A stretch of DNA of 64,000 nucleotides from a virus (IMGVR_UViG_3300035698_016988:10622-74621), one strand, 5' to 3'. Positions 28,508 to 39,147 are shown, counted from the stretch's first letter. Numbers and translations: made by a program. The notes: a model not told the origin generated them from the letters alone.

Positions 28508-29686
28508 ATGAGTATGCTACTTGAAAATAGAAAGTGGGGCGTTGTAAAAGACAAGCTTACCGAAGGCCTAACCGGCAATCGTAAAGATGTTCTTGGCGTC
28601 GTCCTAGAAAACCAGCGTAAGTGGCTTGTTGAGGCAGCGTCCTCAGGTGCAACCACAGCAGGAAACATCGCAGCGTTGAACAAGGTTATTTTGCCTGTTA
28701 TTCGCCGTGTTATGCCGACTGTTATCGCTAACGAAATTATCGGTGTTCAGCCGATGACTGGCCCAGTTGGTCAGATTCACACACTTCGTATCCAGTATGC
28801 TGATACGGTTCCAGGAGCAGGAACTGGTGCAGTTGCAGGTGACGAAGCTCTTAGCCCGTTCAACATCGAGAATCATTACTCCGGTAATGAGAATCCTGCA
28901 AACCCTGGTCCAGCACGTACTGCCCAGCTTGAAGGTCGTATGGGTAACAAGATGAACATTCGTGTCTTGAAAGAAACTGTTGAAGCAGAAAGCCGTAGAC
29001 TATCAGCTAACTGGACAATCGAATCCATGCAGGACGCACAGTCCCAGCACGGCATCGACATTGAAGCTGAATTGATGGCTGTTCTAGCACAGGAAATGAC
29101 CGCAGAAATTGACCAGGAGATCTTGAACAATCTTCGTACCCTAGCTGGTACCGCAACGGTTACTTTCGATCAGTCAGCTGTTTCCGGTGTTGCAACATCT
29201 GTTGTTGATGAGCACGCAGCACTAGCTGTTCTTATCAACCAGCAGGCAAACCGTATCTCACAGCGTACACGTCGCGGTGCAGGTAACTGGTGTGTTGTTA
29301 ACCCACTAGTCATAACAGTTTTTCAGTCCGCTGGCGCATCCGCGTTCGCACGTACAACTGAAGGAACTTTCGAAGCACCAACAAATACCAAGTTCGTTGG
29401 TACTTTGAACGGCGAGATGAGAGTTTATGTTGACACATACGCAGGTGACAACGTCGACGTTCTAGTTGGATACAAAGGAACCAGCGAGTCGGATGCAGCA
29501 GCATTCTATTGCCCTTATATCCCTCTAATGAGCTCCGGTTCCGTTATGGACCCGAACACAGGCGAGATGATCACAACGTTCCTAACACGCTACGGCTACT
29601 TGGAATTGAAAGATCAGGCATCTTCACTTGGTAACGCAGCTGACTACCTCGGTAAGGTTGCAGTTTCCAACTTGCGCTTCTACTAA
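28508..29686 (+). CDS. gp23: Major capsid protein
   Basis: IRRVMPTVIANEIIGVQPMTGPVGQI, RRLSANWTIE, TRRGAGN, FYCPYIPL, TRYG. Confidence 0.97.
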   Translation: MSMLLENRKWGVVKDKLTEGLTGNRKDVLGVVLENQRKWLVEAASSGATTAGNIAALNKVILPVIRRVMPTVIANEIIGVQPMTGPVGQIHTLRIQYADTVPGAGTGAVAGDEALSPFNIENHYSGNENPANPGPARTAQLEGRMGNKMNIRVLKETVEAESRRLSANWTIESMQDAQSQHGIDIEAELMAVLAQEMTAEIDQEILNNLRTLAGTATVTFDQSAVSGVATSVVDEHAALAVLINQQANRISQRTRRGAGNWCVVNPLVITVFQSAGASAFARTTEGTFEAPTNTKFVGTLNGEMRVYVDTYAGDNVDVLVGYKGTSESDAAAFYCPYIPLMSSGSVMDPNTGEMITTFLTRYGYLELKDQASSLGNAADYLGKVAVSNLRFY

Positions 29687-29729
29687 GCCGAAGGCTTAGA
29701 AGACGCTCGTAAAGAGCTAAGAAGAATTT

Positions 29730-29753
29730 ATCCCGGGGCTTCGGCCTCGGGAT
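29730..29753 (+). terminator. Terminator hairpin with cUUCGg tetraloop
   Basis: ATCCCGGGG-C-TTCG-G-CCTCGGGAT after gp23, as is typical of T4-like phages. Confidence 0.8.
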
Positions 29754-29814
29754 TCTTCATGATTATTATTGATTTTTAGATAAGAATAATAATAAAATAA
29801 AATAAAATTGAACA

Positions 29815-30606
29815 ATGAATTTAACAGACAAACAAAAAGACAGATTTCTAAAGATTATAGAAGGTAGCTCAAAGCATATAGGTCAGTCACTTCTTCGGGA
29901 AAAAAATAAAGACTTGCTTGCTTGGATAGAATCATATGAATTTGATTTTGAAACCATAAATCTAACCGAAAAGGTTTATTTGGTAGTTGCTGAATTTGAC
30001 CCGATTTGTGAGAACGGAAATAAAAGATCTTTCAAGTCTTGGTCTGATGGATACGTTTTAGGTTGTGGCCGACCGAAGCAATGTGAATGTGTTTTCAAAG
30101 CTGTTAACGAAGCCCACCATAGAAAAATTGATAAACTCAAAAACGATTTAGAATATCGAACAGGTATAGGTAAGAAAATTACCAAAAAGCTGAATGCTTT
30201 TTATGAAAGAACCTCAGACGAAGATCTTAGAATTCGTTATGATTCAATAAAGGCCTCGCTGCAATCACAAGCAGTAAAAGACAAAAGAGCCAAGACGAAA
30301 ATTGAAAGAGGTCAACAAATTGACCCAGCTGAACGAACTGAACGTGACGAATATTATCATCAAGTTGGAATCATAACTGAGCAGAACTTTCGAGACCATT
30401 TCTACGAAATTAATCCAGAAGGTTTATCTAGGGGAGAGTATCATCTAGACCATATCTACTCTAAGATCGCCGGTTATCGTAATGGAATATCGCCCGAAGT
30501 AATTGGTCACTGGAAAAATCTTCGAATGATGACAGAGTTAGACAACAAAATCAAGGCCGGGAGATGCGATCAAACCATCGAAGAATTAATGGAGGCTATT
30601 AAATGA
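29815..30606 (+). CDS. HNH-type (homing) endonuclease-like protein
   Basis: C-terminal YHLDHIYS...HWKNLRMMTELDNKIK. Confidence 0.6.
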   Translation: MNLTDKQKDRFLKIIEGSSKHIGQSLLREKNKDLLAWIESYEFDFETINLTEKVYLVVAEFDPICENGNKRSFKSWSDGYVLGCGRPKQCECVFKAVNEAHHRKIDKLKNDLEYRTGIGKKITKKLNAFYERTSDEDLRIRYDSIKASLQSQAVKDKRAKTKIERGQQIDPAERTERDEYYHQVGIITEQNFRDHFYEINPEGLSRGEYHLDHIYSKIAGYRNGISPEVIGHWKNLRMMTELDNKIKAGRCDQTIEELMEAIK

Positions 30607-30864
30607 TCCTCTATTAAATCAAAAATCTACTAGCGGTTACATGACAAACTCCTTTTATATGGATCAAATTTATCTTTCTCATCTAAGTAGTCTTTATTCT
30701 AGACGATTTATTTCATTTTGTCAAGAAGTTTTTCGAGAAATTGTTGGTTTCGATTTTGATTTGAAGAGTGTTTAGAAGCCAGTCACGAGCCTCTTCAGAC
30801 ATCATGCCGAGATCAAACCGACTTAATGTTTGGATCTTAGCGTTCATCAATTTTTCTTGTGTGT

Positions 30865-31839
30865 TCATTTCCACCATTTCTTCTTCTCCGGACCAGAATT
30901 CAGTCGGGTGAACTCGGCATTAATGAGATTTAATTCAAGTTCTCTGGCTTCTTCTTCGTCTTCCGAATAAACATTAGAATTAAGAACCTGATCATACCGA
31001 TCGACCAACGCTTCATAGTTTAGTGATTTCAAGATGTCAATGCTTTCCTGCGCTTCTGGAAATTTGCTTAGGTCTCCTGGCGCGAACTGTTTTCCGGAAC
31101 TGATTTTAGCCATGCGGCGTGCAATATCGGCGGGAACAGAGTCGGTTCTTTTTGATATTTTATAACCGTTGCTAACAAACTCAGCAGCTTTGAATTTGTG
31201 GTTGAAAACTTTCTGACAAATCTTTTCAACTTTGTCCAAATCAAACCAACCGTTTGTTCGTACACCGGATTCCATATCTAACCAAAAATCAGTTTTATTG
31301 GTGTTTGATTTTTCGATCATTATTAGATATTTTTCAATCGTTTCGATCGAGATACCACCAGAGTAACCAACTAGGTTTGAGCTGTAACTTGGTTCCGGTA
31401 GTGATTCTGGAAACTTACCGGTACCGCCGGATGTGTCAAACAATTGAAGAGCATCTTCAGGTTTGGAAAAGGTAAAATTTCTGACTTGAGTTATCAATTT
31501 AATCCGTAGCATCTGAGCAACGCGTACTGCTTTCGAACTCGCTCCTGCACCGTTAATTTGTATTCGGTCGAAACTTAAAACATCGTTCAGAAGATTTTCT
31601 GATAATTCACCAGTGTCATTAAAATGTCTGGCAGCGCCTCCGCAAAGATGAAGAGATTTCTTTCCTTCAATAGAACCTAGTTCATTAAAAAATTGATTTG
31701 AAGGGTAGCGTGCATCTTTGTTTGAAGTCGAAAGTAAAATGCCCCATTCAATAGGGTATTGGCGAGACAGCTCATTCATACGATTTTTGTCTGTTCTGTC
31801 GTCTGCACCTGTGAAGGTGATAAATTTCGGTAAAATCAT
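30865..31839 (-). CDS. PRAI/TrpF-like TIM-barrel protein with an extra C-terminal domain
   Basis: ITFTGAD, EWGILLS, RIQING, LFDTSGGTG, GYSGGI, WLDMESGVR. Confidence 0.6.
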   Translation of the reverse strand: MILPKFITFTGADDRTDKNRMNELSRQYPIEWGILLSTSNKDARYPSNQFFNELGSIEGKKSLHLCGGAARHFNDTGELSENLLNDVLSFDRIQINGAGASSKAVRVAQMLRIKLITQVRNFTFSKPEDALQLFDTSGGTGKFPESLPEPSYSSNLVGYSGGISIETIEKYLIMIEKSNTNKTDFWLDMESGVRTNGWFDLDKVEKICQKVFNHKFKAAEFVSNGYKISKRTDSVPADIARRMAKISSGKQFAPGDLSKFPEAQESIDILKSLNYEALVDRYDQVLNSNVYSEDEEEARELELNLINAEFTRLNSGPEKKKWWK

Positions 31840-31866
31840 GTCATTCCTTGGGTCAGTTTGGTTGTG

Positions 31867-32016
31867 TTAGCTTGAAAGCAAAACGCCAATGGATATTAAA
31901 AGTCCTAGGGTTGAAGATAAAGTACCCACAACCGCAACCTTGTTGATAAGTGAGGCATTTTGCCAACTTATCCTCATTCGACTTATTAATCCTTTAGCGT
32001 TCTTTTCCTTTGCCAT
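31867..32016 (-). CDS. Small membrane protein
   Basis: MAKEKNAK... with a hydrophobic C-terminal helix. Confidence 0.45.
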   Translation of the reverse strand: MAKEKNAKGLISRMRISWQNASLINKVAVVGTLSSTLGLLISIGVLLSS

Positions 32017-32107
32017 AAAATTATTTATCCTTCGATACAATAATTGGTATTTTCCTTTTGTCAAGGTTTTTCTTGACATAATGTAGGATATATCGTAAAA
32101 TATAAGT

Positions 32108-32848
32108 ATGGACATTTATTTGGTTAGACATGGTGAGTCAATGGGGAACGTGGACAAAACATTTCACTTCGACACCGCTGACCATGCGATCCCGCTGTCG
32201 CCGAAAGGTAACATGCAGGCTAGAGCCGCTGGAGATTTTCTAGCTGAGGAATTTGTGGTAACTGGTGGGTTCATTCCCAAGAGACGAATTTGGTGCTCTC
32301 CGTATGTTAGGACCCGAGAAACCGCTGCCAACATTATGAAAGGCATTGGGCTTGACTGGTCTAATCAAACTTTGCCGACCGCTAGCCATTCACCGGATAT
32401 TCCGGATTTAAGTTGGAAGCAGTCCGGATTCAGTTATCGTGAACACGTTGCTTTATGTGAACAGCAATTCGGATTGTTTGATGGTATTGAAGATGAAGAC
32501 CTTCCCGTAGTCTTACCTAAAGAGGCGGCGCACTATAATCGTTGCGTTGAACAAGAAGGTAAATTCTGGGCTCGAATGCCTATGGGCGAGAGCCGATTTG
32601 ATGTAGCCAACCGTGTTAACCAAACATTCGGCACATTCCATCGTGATAAAGACAAACACGAAATTCAAGACATTATTGTAGTTTGTCACGGAGTCACCCT
32701 TCGGGCGTTCATGATGCAATGGCTGCACTTGACACCTGAATGGTTCGACGAAGAGTCTAATCCAGGAAATTGTTGGATTCGAAAAATTGGCCGTAACTCA
32801 GCTGGTCAATACGAAGACCAAGGTTATATTTTCAAACCGGAGGTTTAA
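32108..32848 (+). CDS. Histidine phosphatase (phosphoglycerate mutase family)
   Basis: LVRHGES, SPYVRTRETA, GES, VCHG. Confidence 0.9.
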   Translation: MDIYLVRHGESMGNVDKTFHFDTADHAIPLSPKGNMQARAAGDFLAEEFVVTGGFIPKRRIWCSPYVRTRETAANIMKGIGLDWSNQTLPTASHSPDIPDLSWKQSGFSYREHVALCEQQFGLFDGIEDEDLPVVLPKEAAHYNRCVEQEGKFWARMPMGESRFDVANRVNQTFGTFHRDKDKHEIQDIIVVCHGVTLRAFMMQWLHLTPEWFDEESNPGNCWIRKIGRNSAGQYEDQGYIFKPEV

Positions 32849-33111
32849 TGAACAGACACACAAGAAGAAAATTAGGGAAGAATGCATTTGATAAACTGAC
32901 CTGGGTTTGCAACGACGTAGCGAAACCGACGGCAAATGCAATAGTAGTCAACCCTGGAGAAGATCCGCGACAAGCATTGCGAGACCATATGAAGTGGCGT
33001 TCGCAGTTTACAATCGGTGATCCAGCTCCGACGAAAGAACTCAGTATTCGTGAACTAAAGAAAGCCGGGGTCGTTGGTCTTTATACGGATGATGTCAGGA
33101 AATTTATCTAA
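32848..33111 (+). CDS. Hypothetical protein
   Basis: GGAGG RBS; translationally coupled. Confidence 0.65.
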   Translation: MNRHTRRKLGKNAFDKLTWVCNDVAKPTANAIVVNPGEDPRQALRDHMKWRSQFTIGDPAPTKELSIRELKKAGVVGLYTDDVRKFI

Positions 33112-33331
33112 TGGCAGATGCAGTATATGAAATCGTATGGATCGAATCCGAATCCGGATGGGGACAGAAAGAATGGACACGAACTTATCACGAAACAAAA
33201 TCTGATGCTGACCGAGCAATGAGCATTGGGAAAAAGAAAAGATAAGGAATCCGTCTGGTCAAACGCCGAGTTGGTATGTTCAACCGGAAATTCCTAGACT
33301 AGTCGAACGACCAAAAACTTATTGGAATTAA
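33111..33331 (+). pseudogene. Small frameshifted gene
   Basis: MADAVYEIVWIESESGWGQKEW... continues in another frame as EHWEKEKIRNPSGQTPSWYVQPEIPRLVERPKTYWN*. Confidence 0.4.
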
Positions 33332-33338
33332 AGGATCT

Positions 33339-33362
33339 AAAGGGTGTAACAGCACCCTTTTT
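33339..33362 (+). terminator. Intrinsic terminator
   Basis: AAAGGGTG-TAACAG-CACCCTTTTT. Confidence 0.7.
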
Positions 33363-33463
33363 CCATGACTAAGTATTCACAAGTATTCGTTTTCTTTTTG
33401 ACTTGAAGACTAGGTTTTATTAAACTAATTGAATAATAAAAACAAGTAAACATAGGAGTTAAG

Positions 33464-34411
33464 ATGACGAATACTGAAACCGTTACTTTATCACAAGCAG
33501 AAAAGGAACTTGGACTAATAAAAGATAGAGTTCTAACAAATCTTGAACTTGCCGGCGTAAGCATTGAAGAATGGCAGAATGCCAAGACAAAAGATAAACT
33601 AAGAGTGAAAGTTTATAAAAATATCGAAGAGAAAAGACTTGAACTTTGTCCTTTCAAGTACGATCAGATTAGAGCTATCCTACCTGAGTTAAATGATTAT
33701 CCAAACGATAAAGTTCCGTACTCATGGGCTTGGCAAAAGTACGTGGCTGAAAGACACCCGGGGTATAAGAAAGCTTTAGAGGAACAACAAGCAAAGCAAA
33801 AGATTCTTGCTAAAGAAAGAATAAAGCAAACCTATATTGATAATCACGAAGATATGCCAGAAGATATGAAGGAGATCGCAATTAAATATGCTACCGATAC
33901 TTCATTCGACGATGGCTGGATGGGTTATTTGTTGAGAAACAAGAAGATTTCTCCAGACTTTAGGGAAGAAATCGTTTGTGACTTTCTTGGGATTAATAGA
34001 GCATCTGTTGAAGTTGGTGGTTTTGACGGAACAACCAAAAATGGACGTGAAGTTGAAATCAAAACTGAACAAGCCAGAATAGGTGAGGCCAGAAAGCTTA
34101 ATGGAGCACATCAGTTCAGTACCCTTTGCATTCCTTCTATGGAAAAGAAAATTCAAGAGAATCCGATTATGGCACACGCTGGATTTGTCGACGGAAGACT
34201 CGCATATTTAGCAACGTGGATGCTAAAAGAGATGGATCATAAAAGACTTTTATCTGAAGGAACTATACATCGAAACTATCGAGTAGACGATTGGATGCAT
34301 TTACCTTTTAGATTACAGTTTGTTGACTATTCATTACTTGAAGGATATACCGCATTGAAACTAATGGCAACCCTACAGTCAAAAAAAATTCATAAGAATA
34401 AGAATAAATAA
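33464..34411 (+). CDS. Hypothetical protein with a PD-(D/E)xK nuclease-like motif
   Basis: EEIV...GFDGTTKNGREVEIKT. Confidence 0.5.
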   Translation: MTNTETVTLSQAEKELGLIKDRVLTNLELAGVSIEEWQNAKTKDKLRVKVYKNIEEKRLELCPFKYDQIRAILPELNDYPNDKVPYSWAWQKYVAERHPGYKKALEEQQAKQKILAKERIKQTYIDNHEDMPEDMKEIAIKYATDTSFDDGWMGYLLRNKKISPDFREEIVCDFLGINRASVEVGGFDGTTKNGREVEIKTEQARIGEARKLNGAHQFSTLCIPSMEKKIQENPIMAHAGFVDGRLAYLATWMLKEMDHKRLLSEGTIHRNYRVDDWMHLPFRLQFVDYSLLEGYTALKLMATLQSKKIHKNKNK

Positions 34412-34427
34412 ACGATAGGAGGGTTTT

Positions 34428-35396
34428 ATGCCAGGAGTAGCAAGATTAGGAGACGTATGTTCAGGTCATGGGTGTTTCCCACCTAGGACAAATGACCAAG
34501 GATCATCAACTGTTTTTGTCAATAATTTGCCAGCACATAGAATGGGAGATCATTGGGTAACTCATTGTTGTCATCCAGAATGTCACGATGGTGCATTAGC
34601 CAGCGGTGATCCTACGGTTTTTGTGAATAACATTCCTTTGGGTAGAATGGGTGATCCTATTTCTTGTGGCTCAACAGTTATGTCGGCATCTAGCACAGTA
34701 TTCTCTGAAGGCAATAGTCCGCCTCCGATTGACTCTTATTCGGTCGAGGCTGTTCGAGAGATCATTGCAGTAGCAGGACAAATTGCTCCCTTTGATGAAC
34801 CGGTTTATACTTTGCAAAACGCAGGTGTTGACACAACCTCTTATCCGGCAGACACTGAACCTCCAGCAGCCCCGGCTCCGCCTACAGATTTAGCAGAACC
34901 AGAAAAAGAAATCCCAGCAGAAGTACCTTCTTGTGGAGAATACACTGAAGTTGATTACGATATTCAACTTACTCAGTCTTTCAAACTTCGTGACTTATCT
35001 GTTGGTGCATTGTTCTCGCATTCAATTAAATCACAATGCGGATTTTCGGGTTTAGAAATTATATGTAATCTAAAAGCTCTTTGTGAAAATGTGCTTGAAC
35101 CACTGAACAGCGCGTACCCTGGATTTAGAATTAACTCTGGATTTCGTACAGCAACCAGATGCAAAAGCCAACACGAAAAAGGTCAAGCAGCTGATTTACA
35201 ATGGCCCGGCCTTAGTAGCCAAGAATATTTGAGAAGAGCAGAATGGATTAGGGATAATCTTCTATTCGATCAAGAAATTATGGAACATGGAAATAGTATT
35301 TGGATTCATGTCAGTTATGCAGAGGCACAGAGACGACAAGTCTTAACCATGTATAGAAAGAATTACGAGTCAGGTTTGACTTTATATTACGCATAG
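34428..35396 (+). CDS. PAAR (gp5.4-like) spike tip fused to a peptidase M15 domain
   Basis: VARLGDVCSGH...PAHRMGDHWVTHCC PAAR repeats; Pro-rich linker; INSGFR...SQHEKGQAAD...WIHVSY. Confidence 0.85.
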   Translation: MPGVARLGDVCSGHGCFPPRTNDQGSSTVFVNNLPAHRMGDHWVTHCCHPECHDGALASGDPTVFVNNIPLGRMGDPISCGSTVMSASSTVFSEGNSPPPIDSYSVEAVREIIAVAGQIAPFDEPVYTLQNAGVDTTSYPADTEPPAAPAPPTDLAEPEKEIPAEVPSCGEYTEVDYDIQLTQSFKLRDLSVGALFSHSIKSQCGFSGLEIICNLKALCENVLEPLNSAYPGFRINSGFRTATRCKSQHEKGQAADLQWPGLSSQEYLRRAEWIRDNLLFDQEIMEHGNSIWIHVSYAEAQRRQVLTMYRKNYESGLTLYYA

Positions 35397-35404
35397 GAGA
35401 TAAA

Positions 35405-36175
35405 ATGGTAGCAATTACATTACCAGCAAATATTGCTGACATCTATAACACTTTCACCACACAAGGTCTGAGTGTTCCGGATGCGGAATTATGCATGGAT
35501 ACGTGCGCGAAGATTCAGTTCGCAAAAACCCAAATTCAAAGTTGGAACAATCCTGATGCCGTATTAAACGATCTATCTGAATTAACCGGTGCTGGTGTCG
35601 ACAATGAATTTTTCAATTTTATCGCTGATCAATTAGATTTTGCAGCAACCGAGGTAAGTAATGCAGAAACGCATCTTCGTGGTATATTCGGCGCCGCACC
35701 CGGTACTCCTGGGTCGCTCGGTGCTGCCAATTTGGTGAAAAATATGAGTATTGCAACCGTAGAAAAGGCTAGACAGGAAACACTGAATCTGGTTGGGTCT
35801 AATCCATGTGATGCAATATCTAATCTATTCAATACAATTAGTGGTGGGTTGAATACATCTCTTAATGCAATTTCTGCTGCGGTAGATGAAATTCTGCAAA
35901 AGATCGGCGAAGGTATAGCAGCTTTGGTTGCATCAATTGCGGCGGTTATTCAACCTGCCTTAGATGCAATCAACGCAGCAATTGACGAGATTGTTTCTGC
36001 CATTGCAAAAGAAATCGATGATTTTGCCAAAGCGTTTGCTGATATCTTCGATTTTTCAATGTCATTGACTTTGCCTTCGTTGTTTAAGGATCCTTGCCTC
36101 CGTGCAGTTCTTGATGTGGTAGCACCGCCGGAATTAAAAGCTGCTTTGAAAATTGCCGACGATTTAACTTCTTGA
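35405..36175 (+). CDS. Ala-rich helical hypothetical protein (possibly virion-associated)
   Basis: AGGAG RBS; co-transcribed with the PAAR gene. Confidence 0.6.
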   Translation: MVAITLPANIADIYNTFTTQGLSVPDAELCMDTCAKIQFAKTQIQSWNNPDAVLNDLSELTGAGVDNEFFNFIADQLDFAATEVSNAETHLRGIFGAAPGTPGSLGAANLVKNMSIATVEKARQETLNLVGSNPCDAISNLFNTISGGLNTSLNAISAAVDEILQKIGEGIAALVASIAAVIQPALDAINAAIDEIVSAIAKEIDDFAKAFADIFDFSMSLTLPSLFKDPCLRAVLDVVAPPELKAALKIADDLTS

Positions 36176-36228
36176 CAAAACGATTAAAGATGTTATCATA
36201 AAAGATCATCAAAAGGTAAAGGAATATA

Positions 36229-37611
36229 ATGGGCGGAAATTCAAGAGCACTTCAACCAAACGGCGAACTAATCATTCGAAACGGTAAGCCGATATATGCA
36301 CAAAAGATTGACTTTGGTAAAAAGTTTGATCGATCAAAATTTCAAACCGACTTCTTTAAAATGATGTCGGTATTGAATGCTGCCTTTTTGAATGAGTACG
36401 GCAAGCAACTCTGGAATTTAAAAACACGCAACCGGTATTTCAACGGTTCTTCTAGTGCATTATTCGATCCAACCATTTCCAACAAAGAATTTATTGAATA
36501 TAAGCCTGAAGTTGGTGATGTTGATATGATGGTTGACCACAAAGACCTACCTAAACTTTGGGATTTACTCAAAGCCAATGAAGGTAGACTTTTAGGCGAC
36601 TTTGTTTATCTCGGGAATAACAAGATTGCAAAGAGTGCAATCGTCTCCCAAATTAACGCAGTGCTCGAATATGTCCAAGGTCCTTACATGGTTTGGTGCC
36701 AGGTAGACTTCGAAGGTGCTGACTTTGAAAATCTAATTCCTACAGAATGGGCAAGCTTTAGTCATTCCTCAGATTGGAATGACACAAAGTCGGGAATCAA
36801 AGGCGTCATTCATAAATTTATGATTCAATCCCTTGCCACTGTTTTTGGTAAAGTAGATCAATCGGTTGAGCTAACACCAAAGAGCCCGGTTGTTGATGAT
36901 GAAAAACTCAAAACTCTTACATTTGATTTGGAAGAGGCTACGGATCAGTATGAACAAACCGAAGACCCGAAGCTTAGAAAGAAAATCGCGGATTTGACAA
37001 AAGAAATAAAGCGCTCGACGCCAAAGATAAAGAAAGGCGCTGAAGAACTTGATGTTTCTAGTCTCACATTTTCAGTCTTGTATGGTCTCAGAAATAAAAT
37101 GCAACCGCAATATCTACCAAACGGTCACCATTTCCAAGTGAACAGCCGAAAAGCGTTTAAGCAGATTCCTCCGGCTGAGAGTGGATATGTAAACGATCTT
37201 CGTGAAATGTTTATGAGTCTATTCAATCACGAACCTTCCCCTCAAGAGCTCAATAAATTCAAATCGTTTGTTGGATTGATTGACTTGATCGCAGCTGAAG
37301 AACCCGAAAAACTGATAGAAATTAGAGATGAATTTATCCGTCGCTTGTGGGGATTCACCCCGGCACAGTCAAAAGGATTGGCTAAACCTAATGATGTCAA
37401 AACCCCAGCACAGGCTCTTGATCGAGACGACTGGCAAACTGATTTGAATATTAAAATGGCAGCATTGAACCACTTCTTTAACGTGTTCAATTTTGTAAAA
37501 TTGCCTAAGAAAGATATTGACCATATCACTTATCTATATTATGGTAAAAACGGAGAGGCCTATTATGATCTCAGATCTAAAGGACGTGACCACGATGAAC
37601 CGACCGGATAA
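36229..37611 (+). CDS. Pol-beta superfamily nucleotidyltransferase-like protein
   Basis: NGSS...GDVDMMV...QVDF (GS, DxD and third Asp). Confidence 0.55.
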   Translation: MGGNSRALQPNGELIIRNGKPIYAQKIDFGKKFDRSKFQTDFFKMMSVLNAAFLNEYGKQLWNLKTRNRYFNGSSSALFDPTISNKEFIEYKPEVGDVDMMVDHKDLPKLWDLLKANEGRLLGDFVYLGNNKIAKSAIVSQINAVLEYVQGPYMVWCQVDFEGADFENLIPTEWASFSHSSDWNDTKSGIKGVIHKFMIQSLATVFGKVDQSVELTPKSPVVDDEKLKTLTFDLEEATDQYEQTEDPKLRKKIADLTKEIKRSTPKIKKGAEELDVSSLTFSVLYGLRNKMQPQYLPNGHHFQVNSRKAFKQIPPAESGYVNDLREMFMSLFNHEPSPQELNKFKSFVGLIDLIAAEEPEKLIEIRDEFIRRLWGFTPAQSKGLAKPNDVKTPAQALDRDDWQTDLNIKMAALNHFFNVFNFVKLPKKDIDHITYLYYGKNGEAYYDLRSKGRDHDEPTG

Positions 37612-37614
37612 AAT

Positions 37615-39147
37615 ATGAAGATTAATGAAATCAACGGTATGTTGGATATTTCTATTCAACACGCTGACAAAGTAACTCAAGGCGATCCGGAAAAGATCCA
37701 GAAATTCTTGAGCAACCACTATACAGTAACGCAAAAGTTTGACGGTGTGAAGTTAACTCTTTGGCGTAATGCAGAACCGTTTGATCCCGATTACCGAAAG
37801 AACTGGATTGTTGCTTACAAGAATAGAGTCTTGCATCCGGAAGAATTTGAAGGACCGGATCGGAGTGCTATCAAGAATGACTCAATCTCAATTAGTCAAT
37901 ACGCTTTGGTTCATGACCATTTAAAAGCGAATCACCAAAACACTCAGTTCATTCCAGAAGAGACTGAATTCTTTGTTGAGTTCATTATGAACAAACCGAC
38001 CACAACGCGTGACTATTCAGATTTCCATAGTTTGATCTTGATCGCGTATGCTCCGGCAACGGCTAGTATTGGTGGTGGTATGTTCTATACTCAGCCAGAA
38101 GGTTTTCATCAAGAAGAGATTCAAGAATACGCAGCAGCATTGGGAATGATGGTCCCGCCGGTGGTCTTCGAAGGCACATTAGATAGTGAAGTGAATATAC
38201 GTAAAGGAATCCAGTCAGAAGAATTACTTCAAGCATTTGAAGACAAAAAGCAATTCTTAAAATTTAATGATCCTGATCATGCGTCGGAGACTTACGCTAA
38301 CATAAAAGCGATGTTCTTGTCGCTTGAATCGCCGTTTGGTGGACCCGAAGAAGGTGTTGTTTTGCTTTCTGATAAGGGGAAGTTTTTCAAAATTATTCAA
38401 GCTGACCAACATGACAAAAATGTTCGCTTTAAAAAGAAACAGCGATGGCGTGGATCAATTGAAGAAGAGAAATTGTATTGGTCAAGCATCAACAGAATTG
38501 CAGACAGTGTCATAAACAAAACAAACCAAGGCGCGCTAGAGCCTACTTTAGGGATGATGTCGAAATTGACTTATTCGTTCACTGAAGATATGCTACCACA
38601 AAACGCCAAGAAGTCTCATCATCAAATTAAAGACGATTTGTTTCTAACCGCCAAGGAAAGAATAATCAGTGAATTACCGGAAAACAAAACCGCGCTAGTA
38701 ATAGGCAAGCTTCGTATTTTTACAAATGCTCATAAAATTTTGATAGAAGAAGCAAAACAAAAATGCGACCACGTAACGGTAGCTTTGGTAACTGGCAAGA
38801 ATCAACCTTTCTCGTTTAATCTTAGAAAAAGAATGGTCCATGCCGTCTTTCCTGATGTTGATGTAATTGAAGTGTCAAGCGGTAATCTGTTATCGACCAT
38901 GAAAAAATCTAAGAAGATCATCAAATATGTAATAGCCGGAAGTGATCGGGTAGAAGGATATCGTGACCAGTTGAAAAAGCACAACGTAGAAGTAATTGAA
39001 GTAGTGCGTGATTTTTCGTCTGCAGACGCTATTTCAGCTTCCACTGTGGTTCGTGCGTTGATGTATCACGAAACAAAATTGTTCCGAAATTTAACACCAA
39101 AAGAAATTTGGCCCTTTATGAAAGAATTACTAAATGTCCTCTATTGA
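37615..39147 (+). CDS. RNA-ligase-like domain fused to a HIGH-class cytidylyltransferase-like domain
   Basis: TQKFDG (motif I), FFVEF (III), EEGVVL (IV), FFKII (V); C-terminal GKLRIFTNAH, AGSDR, ISASTV. Confidence 0.65.
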   Translation: MKINEINGMLDISIQHADKVTQGDPEKIQKFLSNHYTVTQKFDGVKLTLWRNAEPFDPDYRKNWIVAYKNRVLHPEEFEGPDRSAIKNDSISISQYALVHDHLKANHQNTQFIPEETEFFVEFIMNKPTTTRDYSDFHSLILIAYAPATASIGGGMFYTQPEGFHQEEIQEYAAALGMMVPPVVFEGTLDSEVNIRKGIQSEELLQAFEDKKQFLKFNDPDHASETYANIKAMFLSLESPFGGPEEGVVLLSDKGKFFKIIQADQHDKNVRFKKKQRWRGSIEEEKLYWSSINRIADSVINKTNQGALEPTLGMMSKLTYSFTEDMLPQNAKKSHHQIKDDLFLTAKERIISELPENKTALVIGKLRIFTNAHKILIEEAKQKCDHVTVALVTGKNQPFSFNLRKRMVHAVFPDVDVIEVSSGNLLSTMKKSKKIIKYVIAGSDRVEGYRDQLKKHNVEVIEVVRDFSSADAISASTVVRALMYHETKLFRNLTPKEIWPFMKELLNVLY

